Below are positions 17,064 through 25,883 of a DNA stretch of 28,972 bases, piece after piece. Positions within the stretch are counted from its first letter, which is position 1. Every line of letters starts with the position of its first letter. The translations under genes and the position numbers were made by a program. The notes beneath the pieces were generated by a model that worked only from the letters and a program-made list of their open reading frames with translations, was not told the origin of the DNA and ran no database searches. Source of the stretch: Candidatus Bathyarchaeota archaeon (GTDB lineage: Archaea; Thermoproteota; Bathyarchaeia; Bathyarchaeales; Bathyarchaeaceae); the NCBI GenBank assembly GCA_026014605.1, contig JAOZIC010000003.1, forward strand, positions 1-28,972. The letters run 5' to 3'.

Positions 17064-18088
17064 CAGCAACCCTCCACCCACGGCGCGTATACTTCTTCAA
17101 GGCGCCACTTTACATTAACGTAACTTTGGTCAACAGGAGTAGACAAACCACAATTATACGCCAAAATTCCCGCCCACGCAATCATTGCACCGTTATCCGC
17201 AGCCAAACGTAGTGGAACAACACAGAAACGGGCTCCGTGCTCTTCGGCTACTAAACTGAGCATCTGTTGCAGTTTTTTGTTTGCGGCAACGCCTCCAGTT
17301 AACAAGATTTCTGGCTTTTTTGTGTGAGCTAACGCGCGTTCGGTTACTTCGGTTAACATGGAAAACGCGACTTCTTGCAAACTAAAACAGATGTCCTCGA
17401 TAGAGCCCTTGTTTTGCTTATAGGCTTCTGTGGCTGCGGTTAAAAGTCCGCTAAACGAAAGGTCCATTCCTTTCACGGTGTATGGCAACGAAACAAAGTT
17501 TTTGCCTTTTCGTGCCAACTCTTCTACGATTGCGCCGAAGGGTTTGCCTTTTTGTTGTTCTAAACCAACTGCTCGGGCGAATACGTCTAAACAGTTGCCC
17601 ATTGCGATGTCTAGGGTTTCGCCAAAGATTCGGTATCTGCCTGCTTCAAAGGCTGAGACTATGGTGTTTCCGCCAGAAACATACAAGGTTACGGGGTCTT
17701 TTGCTCCTGTTGCAAGTTTGCCGATTTCAATGTGGCCTACACAATGGTTAACGCCAATCAAAGGAACATCAAGATAAGACGCCAAAGCCCGAGCCGCAGT
17801 AGCACCCGTGCGAAGGCAAGGACCTAAACCTGGACCTTGAGCAAAGGCTACTAAATCGATGTCTTTTGGTTTTATTCCCGCAGTATCTAACGCCTGAGTC
17901 AACACTTTTTGTGAGACTTCTGCGTGGTGTCTGGCGGCTTCTCTGGGGTGTATTCCGCCTTCTGCGGGCATGTAAGCGTCGTTTGCGTTGGACAAAACTT
18001 TGCCGTCAAAAGTTACCACTGCGGCGCCGAAGTCGTCTGCTGTTGATTCGATGCCTAAACAGTATTTTGGTACACTTTTTTGGGGCAA
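17063..18088 (-). CDS. kae1: KEOPS tRNA t6A synthase Kae1
   Basis: LGIESTA, GGIHPREAARHH, GPGLGPCL, VNHCVGHIE, VSGGNT, GGVAAN, DNGAMIA; GAGGA RBS before TTG 18088. Confidence 0.96.
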   Translation of the reverse strand: MPQKSVPKYCLGIESTADDFGAAVVTFDGKVLSNANDAYMPAEGGIHPREAARHHAEVSQKVLTQALDTAGIKPKDIDLVAFAQGPGLGPCLRTGATAARALASYLDVPLIGVNHCVGHIEIGKLATGAKDPVTLYVSGGNTIVSAFEAGRYRIFGETLDIAMGNCLDVFARAVGLEQQKGKPFGAIVEELARKGKNFVSLPYTVKGMDLSFSGLLTAATEAYKQNKGSIEDICFSLQEVAFSMLTEVTERALAHTKKPEILLTGGVAANKKLQQMLSLVAEEHGARFCVVPLRLAADNGAMIAWAGILAYNCGLSTPVDQSYVNVKWRLEEVYAPWVEGC

Positions 18089-18310
18089 ATTTTGTTCCTC
18101 ATAACGTGTTAGAGTTGTGTTTGGTAAGTGCAACTTTTTGGGGGTTTATGAGAATATTGTTTTTTGGGTGTGTTAAAATGTTTCGTAGTTCAGTTCAGTT
18201 TTGTGGTTAGCCTATCTTTTATAATGTTAGTCGCAAACTTGTAAAAACCAATACCCTTTTTATGCTTTAAAGTGTCTATATATACTGAATACTTGAAGGA
18301 CAAGACTTCC

Positions 18311-18688
18311 ATGCCAAGACGTAACGAACTAGAGCATAAAGCATTGCATGTTATCGCCAACAACGGAAACGACGGCGTGCTTCAATCTGAACTATGGCGA
18401 AAAATGGACGCCACTAGCAGAGAAGGTTCAAGAATCGCCCTGAAACTAGAAACTAAGGGTTTGATTCGCCGCGAAAAAGAACTTTTTGAAGGAAGGTGGA
18501 CCTACAGACTGTTTCCAAAACGAAAACCTGCATCTCTTAATTCTATAATTAATTCTCCATGTTTGATGTGCCCAAATGACTCGAAATGTGGACCTTGGAG
18601 CCAAATTACTCCTAACGAGTGTCCTAGATTGACTGCGTGGATTTTAGGCATTGAAGAACCAGAAGTGGAATTGTCTGGTGAAGACTAG
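18311..18688 (+). CDS. tfeB: Transcription factor E beta subunit (RPC34/39-like winged helix + 4Fe-4S domain)
   Basis: GVLQSELW..M..TSREGSRI..KLE.KGLI.RE wHTH followed by PCLMC-x5-C-x10-C..L.AW; start moved to ATG 18311. Confidence 0.8.
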   Translation: MPRRNELEHKALHVIANNGNDGVLQSELWRKMDATSREGSRIALKLETKGLIRREKELFEGRWTYRLFPKRKPASLNSIINSPCLMCPNDSKCGPWSQITPNECPRLTAWILGIEEPEVELSGED

Positions 18689-18690
18689 CT

Positions 18691-19308
18691 TTGCCTAGTG
18701 CTTGGGTTAATGAACGAAAAAACGAGTATTACTACAAAAAAGCCAAAAAAGAAAAATTTCGTTCCCGAGCCTCGTACAAACTTTTGCAGGCAGTAAAAAA
18801 ACACAATTTTATCAAACCCGGAAACCTTGTCGTGGACATAGGAGCAGCTCCGGGGGGTTGGACTCAGGCTGCGTTGTCGCTTGTTGAAGATTCAGGTTTT
18901 GTTTTAGCAGTAGACATCAAACCCTTAGAGGGTTTCAAAGAAAAAAACGTGAAAACCATCGTCGGCGACATAACAGACCCAAAAACAGGCGAAGCAATAC
19001 TTGACGCGTTACCGCATTCAGCCGATGTGGTGATTTCGGATGTTGCACCTAACGTTTCTGGGATATGGGAACTTGACCACGCCCGACAAATTGACCTAGC
19101 AACCAATTCGCTAAAAATTGCAACTCAGATTCTCCGACCCGGAGGCAACTTTTTTGTTAAAGCCTTTCAGGGACGTTCAATAAACTATCTGGTTAACGAC
19201 GTGAAACAGCATTTTGTTTTTGTGAAACTTGTAAAACCAAAAGCTAGCAGGTCAAAAAGTGCAGAACTGTACATTCTCGCAAAGAATTTCAGACCAACAA
19301 GACGTTAA
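18691..19308 (+). CDS. rlmE: 23S rRNA Um2552 2'-O-methyltransferase RlmE/FtsJ
   Basis: RSRASYKL, DIGAAPGGW, SDVAP, FVKAFQG, KPKASRSKSAELY (K-D-K-E tetrad). Confidence 0.95.
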   Translation: MPSAWVNERKNEYYYKKAKKEKFRSRASYKLLQAVKKHNFIKPGNLVVDIGAAPGGWTQAALSLVEDSGFVLAVDIKPLEGFKEKNVKTIVGDITDPKTGEAILDALPHSADVVISDVAPNVSGIWELDHARQIDLATNSLKIATQILRPGGNFFVKAFQGRSINYLVNDVKQHFVFVKLVKPKASRSKSAELYILAKNFRPTRR

Positions 19309-19416
19309 ACCTGTTTTTTGTGTCTTGAAAAAAACCTAAACACACAACAGTAAATATCACATACAGCAACTTTTTTGCACAAAAACAGCCCTATTAGTTT
19401 GGGGGAAAAAATCAAT

Positions 19417-20115
19417 TTGAGAATAGTTGCCGCGGATTCCGGCGCCGCAATCCTAAACGACAAGTTTGAACCAGTAACAATGGTTGCGGCATGCGCTGTG
19501 GTCACAAAACCACCATACAAGCAACCAGAATCATGTTTGGCTGAACCGATTTTTGTTAAAGCAAACAGCGGATACAACCTGATAGTGCGTGAACTGGAAC
19601 TTTGTCAACTGCTTCTTAAAGACACAAAAGCAGACGTGGTGCATCTGGACCTTTCGTTAAATGGGGTAAACGTTGAAAACCTGTCTGCGGTGGATGTTTC
19701 ATACTTGAAAAGGTCGCCAAAGGTTCGTGGGCAGATACTGAAAATTGTGCCAAAACTGCGGAAAACTGCTACAAACATTTTGCGTACCTATGAACTGCAA
19801 GTTCTGGCGCTAGGAAAAGAAAGCATGCCAGTTAGAATCGCTGAATTAACTAGTGGCGCTCACGCGGTTGGGTATATTGCCCAGAAGGTAATCACAGAAA
19901 ACGTGAAAATCCGGGTGGGGCTTCCAACTAAATGTCAAGCCGAGCTTTTAGAGGACAAGATTTTGGTTCATTCTTTGATACCAACAGAAAACGGTGTCTG
20001 CGGCATTGCACATTGCAGCAAAGATGTAATAAAAAACGTGAAACTAGAACAGTTTTCCAACCCCTGTGCCAGAGGCTTCAAAGTGTTGGAGATTATGCCG
20101 CTAACAACCAGTTAA
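19417..20115 (+). CDS. DUF4152-family protein
   Basis: RIVAADSGAAIL...PPY...E.ELC..LL....ADVVHLD pattern recalled for the archaeal DUF4152 family; TTG start after a G-rich RBS. Confidence 0.65.
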   Translation: MRIVAADSGAAILNDKFEPVTMVAACAVVTKPPYKQPESCLAEPIFVKANSGYNLIVRELELCQLLLKDTKADVVHLDLSLNGVNVENLSAVDVSYLKRSPKVRGQILKIVPKLRKTATNILRTYELQVLALGKESMPVRIAELTSGAHAVGYIAQKVITENVKIRVGLPTKCQAELLEDKILVHSLIPTENGVCGIAHCSKDVIKNVKLEQFSNPCARGFKVLEIMPLTTS

Positions 20116-20119
20116 CATG

Positions 20120-21298
20120 TTACTTTTTTGCTAGGTCATTTACTATTTTTACGGCAGTTTTCAGCCCGTCGCAGTTCAAAACTGTTTTCTGCAGTTGCTC
20201 GGCTCGTTGCTGATACTTGTTGTTCTTCAACATCTTTCGTACAGTCGCCAACAAAACATTCTTTGTTAGTTCCTCTTGGTGAATGATTTCTGCTACACCC
20301 AAATCAACCGCCTTCTTAGAGTTGTTATACTGCTCAGTGTGGCTCGGCGTAGGAACAAGAATCAAAGGTTTACCATAACAAATCGCCTGCGACATAGTTC
20401 CATGACCACCCCTAGAAACCACCAGGTCACAGGCTTTGAGGTACTCAAAACGGTTAGGAAGCCAACAGTGAATAATCAAGTTTTCATCAACAACAGGCTC
20501 AACAGAGCGGTGCGGATAACCCAACGACATAACGACTTGCAGGTCATCCGGAAACTTGGCAAAAATCTGCCTGATAAGCCCCGTGAAATATGCACGCTCT
20601 TTTGCGGGTCCACTTATTGGCGCAAAAATTATGGGTTTATCTTCGCTTAAGCCCAACTTTTTTCTGAGCTGTTTTTTGTCAGGCAACTCGTCAGAACAAA
20701 CTGGCAATATTGGACCAATAAAACGGGTTTTTTTGTGGTACGCCTTCGGAATATGCAGGTTTCTGGTTGAAATCGTGTAAGGCGGAGGAAAATCCGGAAT
20801 TAGCGCTTGCATCGCGTCTGCCCAGATTTTTCCAACAAGCGTCAAAGTAGTAGCATCTGCGATTCGTGCAAGCCGCAGAAACCGTTGTCTCGCGGGGATG
20901 AAAACCTGAAACTGGTTTAGTATGCAGATTCTGGGCACTCCAACAAGCTGTGCAGCAATAAGTGAAGAAGCCCGTGAGTCAGATACTACGATGTCGGGTT
21001 TGAAGGCTTGGATGACGTTGATTTCGGCGTCGATTTGTTTCATGATTTTTGGAACTGTAATAAACGGTCCAGGGTTCACGGTGGTTTTGCGAAAGTCTAT
21101 GCTTCCATCAGGTTTAACCGCCACACCAATATCAGGCGATTCTACTGCGTTGAAGCCTTCCTTTTTTACGTACTTGTAGCCTTCGCGGTACGTGGAAAAC
21201 AAAATCTCGGCTCCGTCCCGCTTTAGTTTTCTGGCTATTGGGATGCATCGTCCAACATGACCCAAACCAACGCCGGACGGAGTAAACAACACACGCAT
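20120..21298 (-). CDS. GT-B glycosyltransferase (MurG/GT28-like, MJ1255 type)
   Basis: GVGLGHVGR, PDIVVSD and VVSRGGHGTMSQAI..GKPLILVP...H.EQ..N; start moved to ATG 21298. Confidence 0.88.
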   Translation of the reverse strand: MRVLFTPSGVGLGHVGRCIPIARKLKRDGAEILFSTYREGYKYVKKEGFNAVESPDIGVAVKPDGSIDFRKTTVNPGPFITVPKIMKQIDAEINVIQAFKPDIVVSDSRASSLIAAQLVGVPRICILNQFQVFIPARQRFLRLARIADATTLTLVGKIWADAMQALIPDFPPPYTISTRNLHIPKAYHKKTRFIGPILPVCSDELPDKKQLRKKLGLSEDKPIIFAPISGPAKERAYFTGLIRQIFAKFPDDLQVVMSLGYPHRSVEPVVDENLIIHCWLPNRFEYLKACDLVVSRGGHGTMSQAICYGKPLILVPTPSHTEQYNNSKKAVDLGVAEIIHQEELTKNVLLATVRKMLKNNKYQQRAEQLQKTVLNCDGLKTAVKIVNDLAKK

Positions 21299-21311
21299 GA
21301 ACCTGCTTCCT

Positions 21312-21929
21312 TTAGATTTCCTTTTGTACAATTTCGCCTTTCGGAATTTTTTCTTCAAAAATTATCGCTTGGAACCTGTATATTTTAGTATCCTTAAGCA
21401 GCCAAGCGTCGGGCGGCAGTCCTGCCTTCATTGCTGTTTGGCACAGGAATTCTTCTTCGCTCCAACGGTATTCCACGGGCACCTGAGGCAACAGCAAACC
21501 TTTGTGGTAACGGTGTTCAAGGATTAAACCGTCGCGTCCAACTTGGATTTTTACGGGTAAATCAGTTGGTTTGTCTGTTTTCACAAGTTCGGGGGGTGTT
21601 AATACGCTGACTTCAAAAACGATGTGGTCAAGCTCGTTTAGTTTAACTGGTGGAAAACGTGGGTCTTGTGTTGAGGCACTAATCGCAGTTTCTATAACTG
21701 CGCGTGTTAACGGCTGTATCGGAGACGGAATGCCGATGCATCCACGCAACATTTTGGTTTGGTTTTTTATGGTGTTTAATGTAACAAAGACTCCACATTT
21801 TTCCATTAACTTGGATGAAACGTTTTTTGGAACTTGCAAAACTTTTCCTGTTTTCAGGTACTCTGTTACGGTTTGTCGTGCAAGTTTCACCAGAAAGGTG
21901 CCTTCTTGAAGAGTTAACTGAAACGTCAC
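21312..21929 (-). CDS. AMMECR1-domain protein (AmmeMemoRadiSam protein A, TIGR00296-like)
   Basis: GVFVTL...LRGCIG, DPRFPPV, GRDGL, GLLLPQV; GTG start after AGGTG. Confidence 0.92.
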   Translation of the reverse strand: MTFQLTLQEGTFLVKLARQTVTEYLKTGKVLQVPKNVSSKLMEKCGVFVTLNTIKNQTKMLRGCIGIPSPIQPLTRAVIETAISASTQDPRFPPVKLNELDHIVFEVSVLTPPELVKTDKPTDLPVKIQVGRDGLILEHRYHKGLLLPQVPVEYRWSEEEFLCQTAMKAGLPPDAWLLKDTKIYRFQAIIFEEKIPKGEIVQKEI

Positions 21930-22022
21930 GGTAGGTGCACCTGACTTTGGAAAAGTTGGTTCGTGGGGGTATATAGTTTTCTGAACAATCAGAGAACAAA
22001 AAGTTGCCAAAAAAGTGGCGGT

Positions 22023-22637
22023 TTAGAAATTGGCGGATTCTTCTACTATTCCGTCTTTTGTTACGATTAGAATGTCTACGCCGTCGCCGCTCATGGTGTC
22101 TCTTCGTACGGCGGACCGTATGGCTTTTAGTACAAGGGCTTTGGCGTCTTCTTGGGTCATGTTGTCTTTGTATCCTTGTTCTAGTACTCCTGTTGCCATT
22201 TGGGCGCCTGAGCCTACTGCGGCGTATTCGTCAGGTAATAGCGAACCCAGAAGGTCTAAAACGTAGATTTCTGGTTTGTCGCCTGTCATTCCGCCGACGA
22301 TTGTTTGTGTGATTAGGGGTATCATGCGTCTGTTGAAGAGAACATTGGACATTACCTTAGATGCGGCTTTTACGGACATTGGGCGTTTTGCGTTTAGTGT
22401 GAAAAGTTTTGCTTGGGCTTCTACTTCTCGCGACAAAACCTGCATGTCAGAGATTAAGCCTGCGCAGGCTACTCCGACTTGTTCGGATATTGTGAAGACC
22501 TTTTTTACGGTTTTGCTCATTATCATGGAGCCCCATGTTGCTCGTTTTTCTGAAGCTAAGATTACTCCGTTATCAAAAACTAAGCCGATTGTTGTTGCTC
22601 CGGGCATGCTGAAACGTCCTTGTGCTTGGTCGCTCAT
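22023..22637 (-). CDS. psmB: Proteasome beta subunit, predicted non-catalytic (Thr1->Ala)
   Basis: G|ATTIG...ASEKRA, KKVF, AGLISD, AVGSG, RDTMSGDG. Confidence 0.93.
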   Translation of the reverse strand: MSDQAQGRFSMPGATTIGLVFDNGVILASEKRATWGSMIMSKTVKKVFTISEQVGVACAGLISDMQVLSREVEAQAKLFTLNAKRPMSVKAASKVMSNVLFNRRMIPLITQTIVGGMTGDKPEIYVLDLLGSLLPDEYAAVGSGAQMATGVLEQGYKDNMTQEDAKALVLKAIRSAVRRDTMSGDGVDILIVTKDGIVEESANF

Positions 22638-22735
22638 ATTCTCTTTCTCCAGTTTTCAGTTCAGTATTGTCTTGAACGGGACTTTTAAACTTAATTGAAA
22701 AATTGTAATTGCGTACAACCTGTAACATTACCATT

Positions 22736-23968
22736 TTAGGCTGTTTTGTTACCCAGTTTTTGTTTGTAATGGATGGTCACAACCAAAACCAGCGTCATTA
22801 CGGCAAGCAACGAAACCATTGTCGAAAACTCGGGAATCACAAAGGTTTCCATTGCGGGGAAGTTATCTTGGTTTTGTCCGTCTATCACGTAGGGTGTTTC
22901 GCCTACTGTGTTGTTGTATGTGCCTTGGTAGTCGCTCCAGTGGTTGCCTTGTGCGCCGTTGTCCCAACTGTTAACTGAGTTGGTGTTAACGACCTGCTCG
23001 GTGTTGTCTACAAAGTTGTTGCTGTAAAACAGGTTTTCGTCTGAAACAGAAACAGTTACTCCAACGATGTTGGTTTTGAAGTCGTTCGCAACTATGTTGC
23101 AACCCTGCGATTCTGTAAGAAAGACCCCGCCACCGTTACTCTGAAAAATGTTCTGTGATACGTTGTTGTTATCTGCGTTTTGAAGCCAAACCGCGTTTCT
23201 GGTGCTATTCGTTATTTCATTTTGAATCAAAGTATTTTCAGAACAATGTGTTAGAACAACCCCGTTTTCGACACTGTTGGTTACGACGTTTTCTTCTAAA
23301 TTGTTAGAGTCGCTGTTAGACAAGTAAATGCCTTCACCACCAGTTGTGGTTACCGTGTTTCCGTAGATGCTATTTGAGGTACTGTCTTCGATGTGTAGGC
23401 CCTCTGCGTTGTCTTCAAACATGTTTCGGGTTATAGCATTGTTTGAAGCATGACCTTGCATCCAAAGTCCAACACTGCAGTTTCTTATGGTATTAGCAAC
23501 CATTCTAACGTCCGATGCACCCGTTAACATTATCCCAATTTCGCAGTTCAGTATGTTATTTTCTATAATGTTACCCATACGAGTGCTGCTAACGCTTACT
23601 CCTGCCGAAAACGTTTGACCTTTGGCGTTTTGGATTGTGAAACCAGTTACTGTCACGCGGTCTCTGCCTATGCTAATAACAGTGTTGGTGTTATTGCCGT
23701 CTAGTATGGTTGTTTCTTTGTTGTCTCCCCTTAACTCTATAGACTTTGAAACCAGTATGTTCTCGTAGTAGGTTCCTGCCTCAACAAAGATAACATGCCC
23801 ATCCAACGTTTCTGGAGCATTAATCGCTTCCTGAATAGTGTCATAGTTCAGGTCCGAGGTTAAGTTGTGAATAGTTTGGGTTTCGGGTTGGGCATGTATT
23901 TGCCCAAAACAGGCAGACAAACAAAACATGCACACAGTAATTAAAACTAGCAGTTGGCGTTTATTCAT
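22736..23968 (-). CDS. Secreted parallel beta-helix (NosD-like) protein with PEF-CTERM anchor
   Basis: ATG 23968 (ORF opens at TTG 23974); signal peptide; YDTIQEAINA N-cap; GNHWSDY cap; IPEFST-TM-KQK. Confidence 0.9.
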   Translation of the reverse strand: MNKRQLLVLITVCMFCLSACFGQIHAQPETQTIHNLTSDLNYDTIQEAINAPETLDGHVIFVEAGTYYENILVSKSIELRGDNKETTILDGNNTNTVISIGRDRVTVTGFTIQNAKGQTFSAGVSVSSTRMGNIIENNILNCEIGIMLTGASDVRMVANTIRNCSVGLWMQGHASNNAITRNMFEDNAEGLHIEDSTSNSIYGNTVTTTGGEGIYLSNSDSNNLEENVVTNSVENGVVLTHCSENTLIQNEITNSTRNAVWLQNADNNNVSQNIFQSNGGGVFLTESQGCNIVANDFKTNIVGVTVSVSDENLFYSNNFVDNTEQVVNTNSVNSWDNGAQGNHWSDYQGTYNNTVGETPYVIDGQNQDNFPAMETFVIPEFSTMVSLLAVMTLVLVVTIHYKQKLGNKTA

Positions 23969-24001
23969 GTTCAATCGTCTACTAGTTTCAGTGCGTTTTG
24001 C

Positions 24002-24009
24002 TTATAAAA
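24002..24009 (-). promoter_or_regulatory. Consensus TATA box of 22736..23968 (no dyad operator)
   Basis: TTTTATAA on the minus strand, 33 nt before ATG. Confidence 0.55.
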
Positions 24010-24062
24010 AATTTGGAATATCACTTGTTTAACATTGAAACCTGTTTTAAATCTTTGAACGA

Positions 24063-24818
24063 TTAAAGAGGCACAATTATAGGCCTGTCCATGAAGTTTA
24101 CAACATTAACTGGCAAGTCATATACTGCTTCAATGTTTTCTGGAGTAATCACTTCATGACCGCCTGCAGCAAAAACAGTCCCGCCTTTAAGCATGATAAA
24201 CTTGTCACTGTAACGCAAAGCAAGATTGATGTCATGCATGGTCATGATTGCGGTTAAGTCGCTGTTCTTTACAACATCAACAAGAGTAGACATCATATGG
24301 TGCTGGTTACACAGGTCAAGGCTACTGGTAGGTTCATCAAGCAACAAAACTTTAGGTTCCTGCACCAGTGCTCGGGCAAGCTGAACTTTTTGCAGTTCGC
24401 CACCACTTATTTCGTTGATATACTTTAAAGAAAGTTCACTTAAACCAAGGTTGCTGATGACGTCTTTTGTTATTTTAATATCATTTTTTGAAACGTCCCA
24501 TGTGATGTGGGGTTTTCTGCCAAGTAAAACAGAATCAAAAACTGTAATCTGGGAAACATCAGCCCGCTGAGGCACATAACCTATCCGTTTAGCAACCTCA
24601 ACACGATTCATCTTGCGTAGTTCTTCTCCGTCTACTAGAATTGTGCCTTTACGGGTTTTCAGAAGACCGTTGATGCATTTGAGTAACGTAGTTTTGCCTA
24701 CTCCGTTGGGTCCAAGAATTGTTAACATTTGGTTTGCTCCAACAGCCATCTGAATGTCTTCTAATACAGCTGGCCCATTTTTGTAACAGAACTCTACATC
24801 TCTTATTTTCAGTTTCAT
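24063..24818 (-). CDS. ABC transporter ATP-binding protein (FecE/BtuD type)
   Basis: GPNGVGKT, ISGGELQKV, LLLDEPT, MHDIN. Confidence 0.95.
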   Translation of the reverse strand: MKLKIRDVEFCYKNGPAVLEDIQMAVGANQMLTILGPNGVGKTTLLKCINGLLKTRKGTILVDGEELRKMNRVEVAKRIGYVPQRADVSQITVFDSVLLGRKPHITWDVSKNDIKITKDVISNLGLSELSLKYINEISGGELQKVQLARALVQEPKVLLLDEPTSSLDLCNQHHMMSTLVDVVKNSDLTAIMTMHDINLALRYSDKFIMLKGGTVFAAGGHEVITPENIEAVYDLPVNVVNFMDRPIIVPL

Positions 24819-25882
24819 TTTCTGTACCCCCGAATTAGTATAAGTAGAAACAACGGTCCACCTAGAAACGAAGTTATAACACCCACAGGAAGAACAAGCG
24901 GAGAAATGATTGTACGCGCCAAAGTATCGGATATCAACAAAATCAGTGCTCCCACCAACACAGCGGCAGGAATAACGAAGCGGTGGTCAGAGCCAATAAC
25001 ACGCCGAACCATGTGTGGAGCTAGCAAACCCACGAAACCGATGACGCCCATCAGGGAAACAATCAACGCGGCAACAAGTGAAGAGAGAACCATCCCCACG
25101 ATTGTGTGTCTGCTCACGTTCACGCCTAGGCTGCGTGCGGTGTCTATTCCTGCGTCGATGGCGTTGTAGTTCCAGCGGTTATAAATGAAGTATATGAGCA
25201 CAGGCACAGACACCACCGTAATAAGAACAAGATTATCCAACGTTATGCGGCTCAGGTCCCCAAACGTCCAGTACACTATGGAAGCGAGTTGAATCTCGTT
25301 AGCGAAATATTGGATTGCGGTGCGTGCTGCCGCAAAAATTGAGCCCATAACAACGCCTGACAACACTATGGCTTCTGGCGAGACACGGGTCAACCGTGTG
25401 AGAATAAGAACGACACCAGTGGATATCAAAGAGAAAAAGAACGCACACAGGGTCACAGCATACTGGTTGCTGATTACTACTGCGTCTTTGGTGTTACTGA
25501 ACATATTTCCTGCGTCAAGAATTACAATTGCAAAAGCAGCTCCGAACGCGGCGGCTTGGCTAAGTCCAAGAGTGTAAGGTTCGCTTAGAGGGTTTTTGAG
25601 TATACACTGCATGATTGTGCCTGCGACTGCTAGCATAGCACCCGCGACTACAGCAACGAGTACACGGGGAAAACGGATGCTCCAAGCTATTCCATTCTGG
25701 TTGAGTATCTGGTCAACTACTTCAGAGATAGACAGGTTAGCGGAGCCAATAGATAACGCCACTAAAACGGATATAACTAAAACAACGGCACAAACTGTTA
25801 GAAACATCACCTTTTTTCCGATATACTGAGAGTAATCGGGAGTGTCACCGTTTTTTGTGTCAACAGTTTTGCTGGTGTCCAA
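24815..25882 (-). CDS. ABC transporter permease (FecCD/BtuC type)
   Basis: IRFPRV, LKNPLSEPYTLG, ARSLGV, GFVGLLAPH..R, P.GVITSFLGGP; likely TTG start 1 nt after the methyltransferase stop. Confidence 0.93.
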   Translation of the reverse strand: MDTSKTVDTKNGDTPDYSQYIGKKVMFLTVCAVVLVISVLVALSIGSANLSISEVVDQILNQNGIAWSIRFPRVLVAVVAGAMLAVAGTIMQCILKNPLSEPYTLGLSQAAAFGAAFAIVILDAGNMFSNTKDAVVISNQYAVTLCAFFFSLISTGVVLILTRLTRVSPEAIVLSGVVMGSIFAAARTAIQYFANEIQLASIVYWTFGDLSRITLDNLVLITVVSVPVLIYFIYNRWNYNAIDAGIDTARSLGVNVSRHTIVGMVLSSLVAALIVSLMGVIGFVGLLAPHMVRRVIGSDHRFVIPAAVLVGALILLISDTLARTIISPLVLPVGVITSFLGGPLFLLILIRGYRK

Positions 25883-25883
25883 G

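Noticed and set aside
21933-21942. Perfect palindrome AGGTGCACCT before the AMMECR1 gene
   Set aside because: Single 10-mer overlapping the SD with no second copy; compatible with chance
171-23968. Abundant N-x-S/T sequons linked to the nearby glycosyltransferase as a dedicated glycosylation system
   Set aside because: Asn/Thr ladders are intrinsic to beta-helices, and the glycosyltransferase sits with psmB/AMMECR1 with no other glycosylation genes
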